DNA of 63,653 bases, filler included, from Reclinomonas americana ATCC 50394 (Eukaryota), in NCBI GenBank assembly GCA_048213135.1. It is 15 parts of 15 records of this genome, joined end to end, with 100 filler letters (N's around TTAATTAATTAA, not from the genome) between each part and the next. Parts side by side here need not be neighbours in the genome. Positions count along the whole stretch, not along the records: positions 38,182 to 47,472 come from AFZH01020016.1; positions 47,573 to 51,061 come from AFZH01020017.1; 13 more parts are not named here. One strand, written 5' to 3'. A model generated the notes under the pieces. It was not told where the DNA came from. It saw only the letters and a list, made by a program, of their open reading frames with translations, and did not search any database. The first letter of the stretch is position 1, and each line of letters opens with the position of its first letter. A program made the position numbers and the translations under genes. Shown here piece after piece: positions 38,658 through 50,800 of this stretch.

Positions 38658-39141
38658 CCCCAAGACATCATCGCCGCAGAGGACTCGGTGCGTCGCGCCA
38701 ACCGCAACGTCGGCATCATGGTGTCGATCACCGACAAGAAGCGCGCGGAGACGCGGAGACGGCTGGAGAGTTGCGATGTCGGATCCCTTTGTTTTTGCTG
38801 AGCGCCTGTCTCATGCGTGTGATGCAGGGGCGGAGGACACCGAGGACCACATTCAGTTCCTCAAGTCGCAGCTCCTGCGACTGCAGGACCAGCGGTGGCG
38901 ACTGACGCGGCAGATTAGTGCGGATCAGGAGTTTGTGGAGGAGTGGGAGGCGATGGAGCCCATACGGCAGGCCATGGAGGCGCACAGGGCGCTGGAGGTG
39001 AGAAGAGCGTGGGGAGGGGTGAAGGGAGGAAGGGGTGGGCAGGTTGTTGACTTCTGGTTGTGCTGCGTGCAGGAGGAGCAAACTGCGCAGATTGTGCGGC
39101 TGCTGGGGGCGTTGGAGGATGCTGGTGTTGTGGTAGTATAA
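38658..39141 (+). CDS. Hypothetical coiled-coil protein, 3' exons only
   Basis: Three exons joined by GT-AG introns give PQDIIAAEDSVRRANRNVGIMVSITDKKRAETRRRLE-RAEDTEDHIQFLKSQLLRLQDQRWRLTRQ...RALE-EEQTAQIVRLLGALEDAGVVVV*. Confidence 0.55.
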
Positions 39142-39887
39142 GTCGCATGTACTTTTATCACTGTATGGCGGTTTCTGGAGAAGTCGCTCGTGAGATGGGT
39201 GCGTGCGACAGTTCTGTGACTTGTCGTCATGTTGTTCGTGATGCGTTCTTTTGCATTGACCCACTTCTGTGAGAATGAGTGCCGGGGATTGATTTGCATC
39301 ACGACTTCACACTGCTTGTTTAACTCATGTGTGCCATCTCTTCTTCACATGGGCGATGACCTCTGTTGTTGTCGCCATGGACGCGTCAGCATGCGCAGGG
39401 GCATGTTTTTCGTCTCCTCCCTCTGTCCCTCTCCTTCTCCTGGCAAGCAGCTCCCCATCTGGCTCCTCCTACACTCACGCATAATTCTGGTGTTGTTACT
39501 TCTCCTCCACTCCGCCGTTGCTTCCTCCGCTGCGTGATCTTTTTTTCGAACAAGATCAGCGCGCAGTTGGTGCTTGCTCTCGTCGTGCATGCTTGACTCC
39601 GGCGCACAGACACCTTGCCACAGAGAGTCAAACTGTGCGATGATGCGTTTGCGGTACCGGTGGGTTCCTCTGGTAATAAATCGGAGGAAGAAGGGGTGTC
39701 GAGTGCTGACGCATGTCGTCTTGTATGCGTTGACAGGTTCTTTGATGGGCTTGTCGGATATATGAATGTAGTGACTGCACTTGGCGGTGCAGCGGGGTGT
39801 GGTGACAAGGGTGCTTGACGGAAGAACCCGACAAACCCGACGACAGATGACGAGTTTCAGTTCATCGCACGTCAAATCGCACGCACA

Positions 39888-39924
39888 ATGTCGGTGCGTC
39901 GTTGTCACTCTACACACTTGCGCG

Positions 39925-39959
<35 letters not shown>

Positions 39960-42900
39960 GCTCTTTCTATTCATGCATGTTCCCTCGCATCATTCTTTTG
40001 CGTTATCTTGTTTGATCGCTTCCCTCCTCTCACGCCCCACTCTGTCACCTCTCACACGCCGCTCACTCTCCCGCCCTCTTTTCTCGTGCAGTTCTCTGTG
40101 AATGTGAGTGCGGCGCATGAGTCGTCGCTGTCGGTGGTGGTGGAGGGCATGTCGGCCATGTCCACTCTCGCGGACTTGCTGTGCGAGGCCACACGCCTGC
40201 TGCGTGAGAAGAGTGGAGATGGGGAGATGGAGATCGTGGGGGTGGAGAAGCCGATGCCATTTGACTTGGAGGACATGAGCGGAGCAAAGTTGAAATCACT
40301 CGGCATCAACTCATCCACTCACCTTGTTGTCCGTCTGACGCTTGGCGTGGCGCCACAGTCGAAGGGAGGGAGTGAGAGTGGGAGTGGAAGGTTTGTGTGT
40401 GTGGGATGTGTTTGTGAAACATATCTGTGCAATAGATGCATCTAACTCTCAGGTCTCACAGCAACTCGGAGCGAGTGACTCGGTTTGTTTTCCTTGCCTT
40501 CGTCACCCTCCCTGTTTGTTCTCCACTTGGTTTGAGTCTTTGCTTAATGTGTTTGTGTGCACGGACAGCATGATCGACTCGCAGCGCATCAACATGGCCT
40601 TTGAGGTGGTGGAAGAGGCGATGCGTCTGCGCTGTCAACACGCACTGGCACAGTTCAGCCGCGATCATGCCGACTTTGATGTGCGGTCGTGGGCAGCAGA
40701 TCTGTGGTCCCCACGAATGCACCATGGCGACATCAAAATATGGCGTGATCGCCATGCTCCACTCCGCCCTGGGCGAGTCAAGTTGTTTGAGGAGAAGCAG
40801 CCGGAAGCGTTAGCCTGGCGAGCGGCTTTTGATGCCGATCCTACGTCCGACCCTCCGTGCGACGGTTTCGACCCAACGGCTCTCGTTTCCATCATGCTAT
40901 ATGGTGGATTTGTTCTGGATGACGGTCGCAGGCTGCTACTAGTTGGCGACACTGATGAGCGTGATGCCGTGGTAGAGCTGCGTGATGTGAGGAATGAGTT
41001 GGCACACTGTAAGCCCGAGTGGACAGATGCCAAAATTAGTCGGCATCTTGGTGACGGCGGCGTCTTCCTCTCCATTCTCTCACGCCTTTGGTTGACAGTT
41101 GACGAATTTGTGCGACTCAGTGCTCGCATACTCGAGGCACGTCACGCTCGACTCGTCGTTGATACATTCGAGGAGCGACTGAATCGACTGGCCATGCGTG
41201 AGCTGTCTTTCTACCAGCGCGACGAGAGTGTGCGCAAGGACATGCAGCTGTATGTGCCGCTGTCGTGCTCACGAGATCGTGACATCTCATCGAAAGACAA
41301 GATGATGGATCTGTTGACGGAGGTGGATGTTTTCCTCCTCGATTCAAACACCACGCAGCGAGTGCTGGTGCTCTTTGGCGACAGTGGAGCCGGCAAAACC
41401 ACCACCATGTCGATGCTCGCTGAGAGAGCATGGCGGCAGTGGCAGACGAGAGAAAGCAGACGATTGCCTGTGCGTGTTCCACTTGGTGCTCTGCGCAATG
41501 CCGATGAGCGACTGTTGGAGGAGGCATTGGAGCGACTGTCACCCGAATTGGGATTGGAATCGGATGTGCGACGGTTGAAGGAGGAACCATTGCTGCTGTT
41601 GCTTGACGGGTACGACGAGTTGTATCGTGGTGTGAATCTGTTTGTCAAGAACCAGCTGGATGTGTGTCGAGATGTGAAAGTGATAATCACCTGTCGTGGC
41701 GATTACGCACTGACGGCACTGGGTGGAGTAACGCAGTATCCACAATACTTTTCCCCAACAGATGCACGCGGACAGTTGTGCCCGCAGGAGCTGACTGAAC
41801 GACACATTGCGCCGTTTAACACGGAGCAGGTTGACGAGTACTTTTCTCGCTTAGTGCAAGTGGGTGGTGACGATGGCGGAAAAGTGCGATGGTCGACTGC
41901 CGAGGAGTACATTCGTGCACTGAAGGGTGTGCATGGACTGGATGCACTGGTGTCGAATCCGTTCATGCTTTCAGTGGTGGCTCGTGTGTTGCCAGAGTTG
42001 GTGGCGAGTGGTGTGCAGCGACCAACTCGGTGTGATGTGTTTGACAGATTCGTTCGACAGTGGACTGACAGGGAGCGCTTGAGGCAAGCACGACTCGGTG
42101 CAGAGCGAGTGCCGAGTGAGGAGACGTGTCTCTCGTTCTGTGAGGGACTGGCGCGGTTGATGCATGAGAGGAATGTGGTGCGTGTCTCTGAGACGGAGAA
42201 TCGGTCACATGATAGTGAAGTGGAGGGAGATGATTTCAGAGGCGCGCCGCGAGCCTTGCGACCAGCTGAAGAGGGACCGTTTGACAAGTTCCTCGGTCAC
42301 AAGAATCAACATGTGCGAGTGTGTTGTCCGATCGTACGACGGTTTGGGACGGATGAGTGGGGTTTTGTGCATCTGTCGTTGTTGGAGCACTGTGTGGCTC
42401 GACATGTGTTTGCGTGGGAGACGTGGGATGAGGAGAGGAAATTGACAATGCAAGATGTGCAGCAGCATGTGTTGGCAGTGCGGCTGCTGAACGATCGACC
42501 TTCGTTGGTGGAGCAGATGGCCGAGGTGGTGCGACGGTCTCCTGCACTGCAAGCGAGACTGTGGGAGGTGATTGAGCTGTCACGTAAAGTAGATAGTCGG
42601 CGATTGTCGATGGCCGCAGCGAATGCAGCAACGGTGTTATGTTTGGCTGAAGTGTCGTTTAGTGGGCGAGATCTATCTGGTGTGCGAGTGAGAGATGCGG
42701 ATTTGAGGGATGCGGTGATGCACAGGACGGTGTGGAGGGGAGCGGATTTGCGAGGGGTGAACATGTGCATGGCATATGTAGAGGAGGCGGATTTCATGGG
42801 GGCAGATGTGACGGGTGTAAAGTGGCCGAGGAAGCCGATGGTGGGGCATACTGGTGCAGTGTTATCCATTGCTGTTACGCCTGACTGTAAGCACATTGTT

Positions 42901-44838
42901 AGTGCCAGTGACGACAGCACAGTGCGCGTGTGGTCTGTGGTGACTGGAGAGGAAGTGCGGCAGTTGGTTGGACATTGTGGAAGGGTGTGGTCTGTCGCCG
43001 TTACTCCCGATGGTCAGCATGTAGTGAGTGGTGGCGAGGACATGACAGTTCGTGTGTGGTCACTCGCGGGTGCAGAGGAGTTGCGACGGCTTCTGGGGCA
43101 CATTGGATGGGTTTTGGCGGTAGTTGTCACGCCTGACGGGCAGCAGATTGTGAGTGGCAGTTATGACAAAACTGTTCGTGTGTGGTCGCCGGCGAGTGGA
43201 GAACAGTTACGATTATTAGAGGGCCACTCTTCATCAGTTCGATGTGTCGCTGTTACTGCAGATGGTCTGCATATCGTATCTGGGAGTTCGGACAGAACCA
43301 TTCGATTGTGGTCGCTCGTGAGCGGTGAAGTAGTGCGACAACTTACAGGACACACAGGAGGTGTACGAGCTGTCGCTCTCGCTTCTAATGGGCAGTATAT
43401 CGTGAGTGGGAGTATGGATAACACTGTTCGGATATGGTCACTTGTAACTGGACAAGAAGTGAGACGGCTGGAGGGGCATTCTGGGGCTGTGCGATCTGTT
43501 GCAGTCACCCTTGATGGCCAACACATTGTGAGCGGAAGTGAGGATAAGACTGCGAGGAAGTGGTCCCTCGCGAGCGGGCGAGAAGTCAGACAATTGCATT
43601 GGCAGTTTGGCGAGTTATATTCTGTCGCCGTTACCCCCGATGATCAGCAGGTTGTAAGCGGTGGTCAAGACTGCACCGTACGAATGTGGTCACTTGGGGA
43701 TGCTGACGATGTTCGTCGACTCGCCGGGCATGCTGGCCCTGTCACGTCTATCGCCGTGTTTCCTGGCAGTCAGTACATTGCAAGTGGGGGCATTGACATG
43801 ACGGTGAGAGTGTGGTCGCTGGCGAGTGGAGAAGAACTTCGAAGGCTGCAAGGGCATTTTGGAAAGGTGAACTGCATCGTCGTCTCTTTCGATGGTACAT
43901 ACATTGTAAGTGGGAGTGAGGACGAAACAGTGCGTGTGTGGTCACTAGCGAGTGGGAAACAAGTGCTACTGTGGATGGAACCTCATACTGTGAAGGCTGT
44001 CGCGATCACTACCGATGGCCAGTTCATTGTAACTGGTGGGGGGGTAAAAGTGCGAGTGTGGTCGCTGTCAAGCGGACAACTAGTCCGAGAGCTAGAGGGA
44101 CACGAAGGACTTGTGAACTCGGTCGCCTTCATTCCCGATCTCATTCCCGATTGTCAGCACATTGTCAGTGGGGGCGCGGACAACACTGTGCGATTGTGGT
44201 CACTGGCAAGTGGAGTAGAAGTGCAGCGGTTCAAGGAGCACACTGATTCGGTGATATTTGTCTCTGTCACTCCCGATGGTCACTACGTTATCAGTGCTGG
44301 TGTGGACAACATCGTTCGACTGTGGTCACTGTCGAATGGACAATGTCTGAAACAGTGGACTGGGTGTGCTAGCCAAGAACATTCTATTTCATTAGCTCCT
44401 GACGGCCAGCATGTTGTGAAGGGCAGCGACACAGCGACTGTTCGTGTGTGGCAGGACATGGTGGATAAGAGCAGTGGCAAGTCCGTGCGCGTATCACTTC
44501 TTGCCGCTGCTGCGTCTGCGTCTGTCCATGCTGTGGACGATGTCGCCACGCCTGAGCTGTTGATTCGCCCATTCAATGACGCGATTCACATTCTGAGACG
44601 AAATCGTGATGGAGAGGTTGTGGTGAAGGTTCTTGGTCTTAAATCTAGGGTTAACGAACCGTGGCGCACCGTTTCCAGTGTCAGAAAACCCAGTGTCTAC
44701 ATTGCTAGCCGTGACGAACTGGGCTGCCTGTCAGATACCGTCCCTCAACGTCCCATTCGCCAAATCTTCAACCTAGATGAGGTAGCTGTGTCTGCAGTCG
44801 TCCGCATGGGAACAATGACTCAAGGTGTGCTTGTGTGA
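39888..44838 (+). CDS. NLR-like STAND protein: ubiquitin-like domain - HEPN-like domain - NACHT - pentapeptide repeats - ~13 WD40
   Basis: Exons 39888-39893, 40092-40390 and 40569-44838. Ubl-like FSVNVS..STLADLL..LKSLGINSSTHLVVRL. HEPN-like FDPTALVSIM..ELRDVRNELAH. Walker A LFGDSGAGKTT (41377-41400), Walker B LLLLLDGYDE, then KVIITCR and LVSNPFML. Pentapeptide AAANAATVL..FSGRDLSGVRVRDADLRDA..GADLRGVN. GH..V.SVAVTPDG..IVSG..D.TVRVWS repeats span ~42844-44450. Confidence 0.92.
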
Positions 44839-44962
44839 ATGACAGATTGACCGAGAGCCACGTGAGATATATGGTATGCTTGACGATCTGTGACAGTACA
44901 TGCGTATGGTTGGCGAATCAGGGCAGCGTCCACTCACTATCCAACTCCTCCAACTCTCCCTG

Positions 44963-46075
44963 CTACTCTTCCACACTTTCCTCGTCCTCATCACCACCGT
45001 CATCAATCACCATCGGTCTGTGAAACGTCAACCTCGTCGCCGCCGCCGCCACCGCCTTCTCCGTCGACCATCGCACCTCGATCGACAACCGCACAAACTC
45101 GGTCTCATTCGGCTGCGTGGCATGCACGAGATGTGGACCAAACACCGCCACGTCCCCCACACCGAAATCTGCGACAACAAAGCCAAGTGAACGATGAGCG
45201 ATTCTGGGCTCAACCTCACAACACTCACTTGTGGACTGCCACTCGCCCCCCACTGTCCGTGAAAATTCATCCATATCGGTACCCCACCACCCGCTGCGGT
45301 CGCCGTCGTCACCAAGCCGCTGCGTGGTGGAAGAGGGAGGGAGAGTAAGCAGTCAGTGACAACGTAACCTCTCCCTCATCTCCCGACGCACCGTCTTCCC
45401 ATACGACTCATGCAACTCGGCAAACGTAGAGCCACTTGCGCACACATGCGAACCCGGTACAAATGCCAGCGCACCCATCTCCTGAGTGACAGCACCTGCA
45501 CAGGACATGAACATGACGCGTCGCAAGAGATTTCCACAACACCGCTCACCCAGCGGAATCCACGTGGTTAGAAGTGGCTCCACTTGGCCGACGTAGATCT
45601 TGTCCATGTGAATGCCCTGCACTCACGCAAGCGCAGTCAGCTAACGAGAATCCATGGTTGAGGCTAGAAGAAAAGCGAACCGTGAACTCTCCTCGTCGCA
45701 CGCCACGCAACCACCGAAAGTCGGTGACGACGAGGTGGTCATCGTCATCATCGTCACCAACGTGAAGTAAGCGGCTCATGAGGTCGACCTGAACAAAACA
45801 AGGATAAGTGAGAAGGATGAGGCGAAGGGAAATGAATCGAGTGTTTCAGTAAGAGAGAGAGAGAGAGAGAGAGAGAGAAGAATGAGAAAGAGCATTTGAA
45901 AGAAGAAAAGTTTTAAGAGGAGCAGTGCAAGGATGGGAAGGTGGGAGACAGACAGATTGATAGATAGACAGCAGACAGACAACAGACAGACAGACAGACA
46001 GACACATGCAGACAGACAGACAGGCAGACACACAGAGAGGGAGAGAGACAGACATGCAGAAAAAGAGAAACGAAC

Positions 46076-46106
<31 letters not shown>

Positions 46107-46790
46107 TGACAGACAGAAAGACAGACAGAGAAAGAGCAAGAGAGACAGACAGGCAGACAGGCAGAAAGACAGACAGACAGATAGACAGGCAGACAGACAG
46201 ACACACAGACACACAGACAGAGAAATTGAGAGTGAGATAGAATTGAAGATAAAAAGGCAGATGCAAAGCAGGGAGAAAGAAGGACAAAAGTTAACGAATG
46301 AGTGAGAGAGCGAGTGAAATCATGCACAAGATGTCCGACCTTTGGTGTCACCACTCACCAATCGCTGAGACTCCACCACCCGCTGCAAAGCGGGATCATA
46401 TGCTAATCTTTGCTGCGACAGCAGGCTCACCGAGCGAGATGAGGCTGCGAGGAATAGTGGCAAGTGAACACAGAGACAGCTGGGTGTAGAGTGGGATAAT
46501 GAGTGATAGCAATGAGAAAGACCAGAGAGAGGTAAAGCGAACGAAGAGCGAAAGAGAAAAGAGGACGAGAGAACATGCGCAATATAGAACGTAGAATGCA
46601 CGTGTGTGCTTGTGGGTAGCTTTGAGCAAGGTCTCTTCTCCTTCCCCCTCAAGCACGCAACTGACATCATAGCGCCCACTCTCAACATCAACCACCGCGT
46701 CGTGCTCCTGCAGGAAGCGCATCACAACTTGACGTGCCTGCAGCACGCGGTCGACGGGGAGCAGCTGGCGCACAACCGCGAAGCCGTGAT
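44963..46790 (-). CDS. Phytanoyl-CoA dioxygenase (PhyH)-family 2OG-Fe(II) oxygenase, 5'-partial
   Basis: HGFAVVRQLL; WLRGVRRGEFT-GIHMDKIY (HxD motif); LTTWIPLG; GALAFVPGSH; GDVAVFGPHLVHAT (distal His); RLSIEVRW. Confidence 0.85.
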
Positions 46791-47247
46791 CTGTGGCGAC
46801 AACGGGAAAGAGAGTGTCAACAACGGTACAGGGTCACAGGTTCTTTCTTGCAGCTCTTCTCTTGCAACGGGGAGAATGTAAGATGGAGGAGAGCGGGAAC
46901 AGTCAGAGGGAGCATTAGCAAGAGACGAGTCTGCAAAGCATGCATGCGAATGCCGGCGAGTCGTGCGTAATGAGTGAGTGACTGAGAGAGCTCTCTAGAG
47001 AGAGGGAGAGAGGGAGAGAGAGAGAGAGAGAGAGGAGAAGAAGGAGAAGGAGAAGAAGGAGAATAAGAGTGACAGAGAGAAAGGATGAGTGACAGAACAA
47101 GATTGACTCTGACTGCAATTATTGTATGCATGTGGTGTGTGCGTGAGAGAGAGGAGGGGGAGGAGAAGGAGGAGGAGAAAGAAGAGTGACAGAGAGAAGG
47201 AGGGTGACGGAATAAGATTGACTCTGACAGCAATTGTTGCATGCATT

Positions 47248-47279
<32 letters not shown>

Positions 47280-47394
47280 CGAGGGGAAGAGCGGTTAAAG
47301 AGAGAGAATGAGATCGACTCCGACAGCAATCATGGAGTGTGCGAGAGAGAGAGAGGAGAGAGAGCAAAAGAGAAGGGCGAGATAGGGCGAGAGA

Positions 47395-47438
<44 letters not shown>

Positions 47439-47800
47439 GAAGGAGAGAGGAGGGCGGAGAGAGAGAGAGACGNNNNNNNNNNNNNNNNNNNNNNNNNNNN
47501 NNNNNNNNNNNNNNNNTTAATTAATTAANNNNNNNNNNNNNNNNNNNNNNNNNNNNNNNNNNNNNNNNNNNNCACTCACTCCCTCCCTCCTTCCCTCCCC
47601 CTCTCTCATTCACTCACTCACTCACTCACTCACCCGCTCACTCACCCACTCACTCAACCACTCACTCTCTCTCTCTCACTCACTCACTCTCTCTCTCTCA
47701 CTCACTCACTCACCCCTCTCCGTCCCTCCTCTCTCTCACTCACTCACTCACTTCACTCCCTCACCCGCTCCCTCTCTCCTCCCTCCCTCCCTCAATCAGC

Positions 47801-50800
47801 ATGGCCTCCTCTTCCCCCTCCCCCTCCCCCTCCTCCACCTCCTCCTCCGGAGGCATCATCTACCGTCTCGCCCCCGAAGTCGTCAACCGCATTGCCGCCG
47901 GCGAGGTCATTCAGCGCCCTTCCTCCGCCGTCAAGGAGATGCTCGAGAACTCGCTGGATGCGCGCTCCACGGCGGTCTGTGTTCTTGTTGTCACACTCCC
48001 CCCTTCTCCTCTCATGCTGCTCGTGCTCTTCGCAACTCTTCTGTCTTGTCTGTCTCCTTCATTGCTTCAAAGTTTCTGCGTGGTCTGTTGTTCCTCAGTC
48101 CCTCTCTCTTCCCTGTTCTGCGTCCACCTTGTTACCCTTTCGCGAACTTGAATGTCGATTCTCTCTCTTTCTCTCTCATCTCCTCTTTGGTGTCCACGTT
48201 GCCTCATTTCCCGTTTGCGTTCTCATTCTCCTTGTGCAAGTCCGCGACTGCTGTATGTGTCGCCTTCTTTGCCTCTCTCTGCGTCGCTCTGTCAGTCAGC
48301 GATCTCGATGGTGTTCCGCTCTCGCAAATGCAGCTCTGTCCTCTGTCGCCTGTTGTACCCTCACTCTTGTGCAACACCTCACTCCTTCGTTGAAGAAGTG
48401 TTGACTTCAACATCGACTCACTGTTTCTTTCATTGTCAGTCTCTTGTCTCATTCGAATTCGGACTCCACGATGTCACTTTGCGTGAACCTCCCTCGACCT
48501 TCCTTCCACACCTCGCTCCGTCCCTTTGCAGTTGCTGAACTCATCGTAGTCTCTATCAACCTCCTTCCCCTCCTTCCCCTCCTTCCCCCTCCTTCCCTTC
48601 CCCTCCTTCCCCCTTCCCTCCTCCTCCTCCCCCCCCCCCTTTCCCCCCGCCCCTTCCCCTCAATTCCCCCTCCCCTCTTCCCCAGATCACCGTCACCTGC
48701 AAACAAGGCGGCATCGACCTCCTCCAAATCCAAGACGACGGCCACGGCATCCGCGTGCGTCTCTTTCCCTGCCTCCCTTCCCATTTACCCCTCACACCCC
48801 CTTTCCCTCTACGCAGCGCGACGACATGCCCATCGTCGCCGAACGCTTCACCACCTCCAAACTCCGCCAATTCGAAGACCTCCAAAAGATCGCCACCTTT
48901 GGCTTCCGCGGCGAAGCCCTGGCCTCCATCAGCCACGTCGCCCGACTCACCATCACCTCCATGACCCGCGACTCCCCCGTGGCCTACCGCGCCGCCTACA
49001 CGGACGGCAAGCTGGTGCCGGCGCGCCCCGGCGACGCCCCGGAAGCCAAGCCGTGCGCCAGTGTGCCGGGCACGATCATCTGCGTGGAGGATCTCTTCTT
49101 CAACGTGCCGCAGCGGCGACGCGCGCTGCGCAGTGCCAGCGAGGAGTACAACAAGATTCTCGAGGTGGTGTCGCGGTATGCCGTTCATTATGCGGGTGTG
49201 GCGTTTGTGTGCAAGAAGGTGGGTAAAAGGGGAAGGGAGGAGGGAAGGGGAGGGAGGGGAAAGGGGAAAGGGATGGAGGATGCACGTTCTCTCCTGTTCT
49301 GCAGTCTCTTCACTCTCTGATCCCCCAACCCTTGCGTATTTCTGTGTCTGTAAAGCCATAATTACCTCCCTGGCTTGTCAACTCGACAGTTCATTTGATA
49401 CCATCCCCCCACTTTCTCTCCTGTTTCATTCACTTCTCCGTTTCCTTCTTTCACACCGCGTCTCTCATCCCTTCCCTTGCTTGTATCTCTAAATCCCTGG
49501 CTTGTCAACTGGACAGTCCATTTGATACCGCCTCCCACTTTCTCTCCTCTTCACTCACTTCACCCTCGCTATCATTCATCCCTTGCCCTATCCTGTTTCT
49601 CTCCTTGCGTTTGTGAACTCGACAGTTCATTTGATACCGTCTCCTCACTTTCTCTCCTGTTCTTCACTCACTTCACCCTTTCCTTTTTCTCTCCCCGTCT
49701 CTCATTCCTGCCCTTGCCTGTTTCTCTAAATCACGCATTCGACAGTTCATTTTCTCTCCTATTCTCGATTCATTTCACCCTCACTATCATTCATCCCTTG
49801 CCCTTTCCTGTTTCTCTAAATCCCTGACTTGTCAACTCGACAGTTCATTTGATACCATCCCCCCACGTTCTCTCCTGTTCTTCAGTCCCTTCACCCTTTC
49901 CTTCTTTCAAACCCCTTCCCTCATCCCTTGCCCTTGCCTGTTTCTCTAAATCACGCATTCGACAGTTCATTTTCTCTCCTATTCTCGATTCATTTCACCC
50001 TCGCTATCATTCATCCCTTGCCCTTTCCTGTTTCTCTCCTTGGCTTTTGTGAACTCGTTATTTCTTTTGACCGCAATCCCACTCTTTTCCTGTTATTTAG
50101 TCGCTTCACCCTCTCCTTCTCCTCACGTCCCTTCTCCCCTCTTTTCCTTTCCTGCTTCTCTAATTTGCATTCCCTCTTTGGTTTGTGAACTCGGCCTTTC
50201 ATTTCGATAATGCCCACGTTCTTTCCTGTTCTTCACCCTGTCCTTCTCCTCACACCTCTGTTCCTCAAAATCACATATTCCCTGTTCTTTAGTCCCCTCA
50301 GCCTTGTTCCTCCTCTCACTCCCCGTCCCCCTTCCTCCTTCATCTCATCATCCCTTCCCCTCTAACCCCTTTCCCTCATCTCCCTTTCCCCTCATAGCCC
50401 TTTCCCTTATACCCCTTCCCCCTCTTACCCCTTCCCCTTCTTCACAGCACGGCTCAAACATCGCCGACGTCCACACCCAAAAGCTCGCCACCACCGTCGA
50501 CAACATCCGCGCCATTTTCGGCGCCGCCGTCGCCCGCGAACTCCTTCCCGTCGACTTTGAGGACGCCACACTGAAACTGCGCGTGCGCGGCCAGATCTCC
50601 AACCCCAACTATTCGCACAAAAAGGTTTCTTCTTCTTCTCGCACCTTCTTCTCCCCAGCTCTCTCTCTCACACACTTAACCCTTCCCCCTCACAGGGCAT
50701 TCTCATCCTCTTCATCAACGGCCGCCTGGTGGAGAGCACCAACCTGAAGCGCTCGTTGGAGACGCTGTACGCCAACTTCCTCCCGAAGAACGGCAAACCG

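Noticed and set aside
39345..39917. 190-aa minus-strand ORF upstream of the NLR gene
   Set aside because: No motif was found and no consistent spliced model could be built on either strand.
40342..40568. N-terminal ~76 aa of the 1498-aa ORF
   Set aside because: It has a non-ATG start, and most of it corresponds to the GT-AG intron 40391-40568 that links the Ubl exon in frame.
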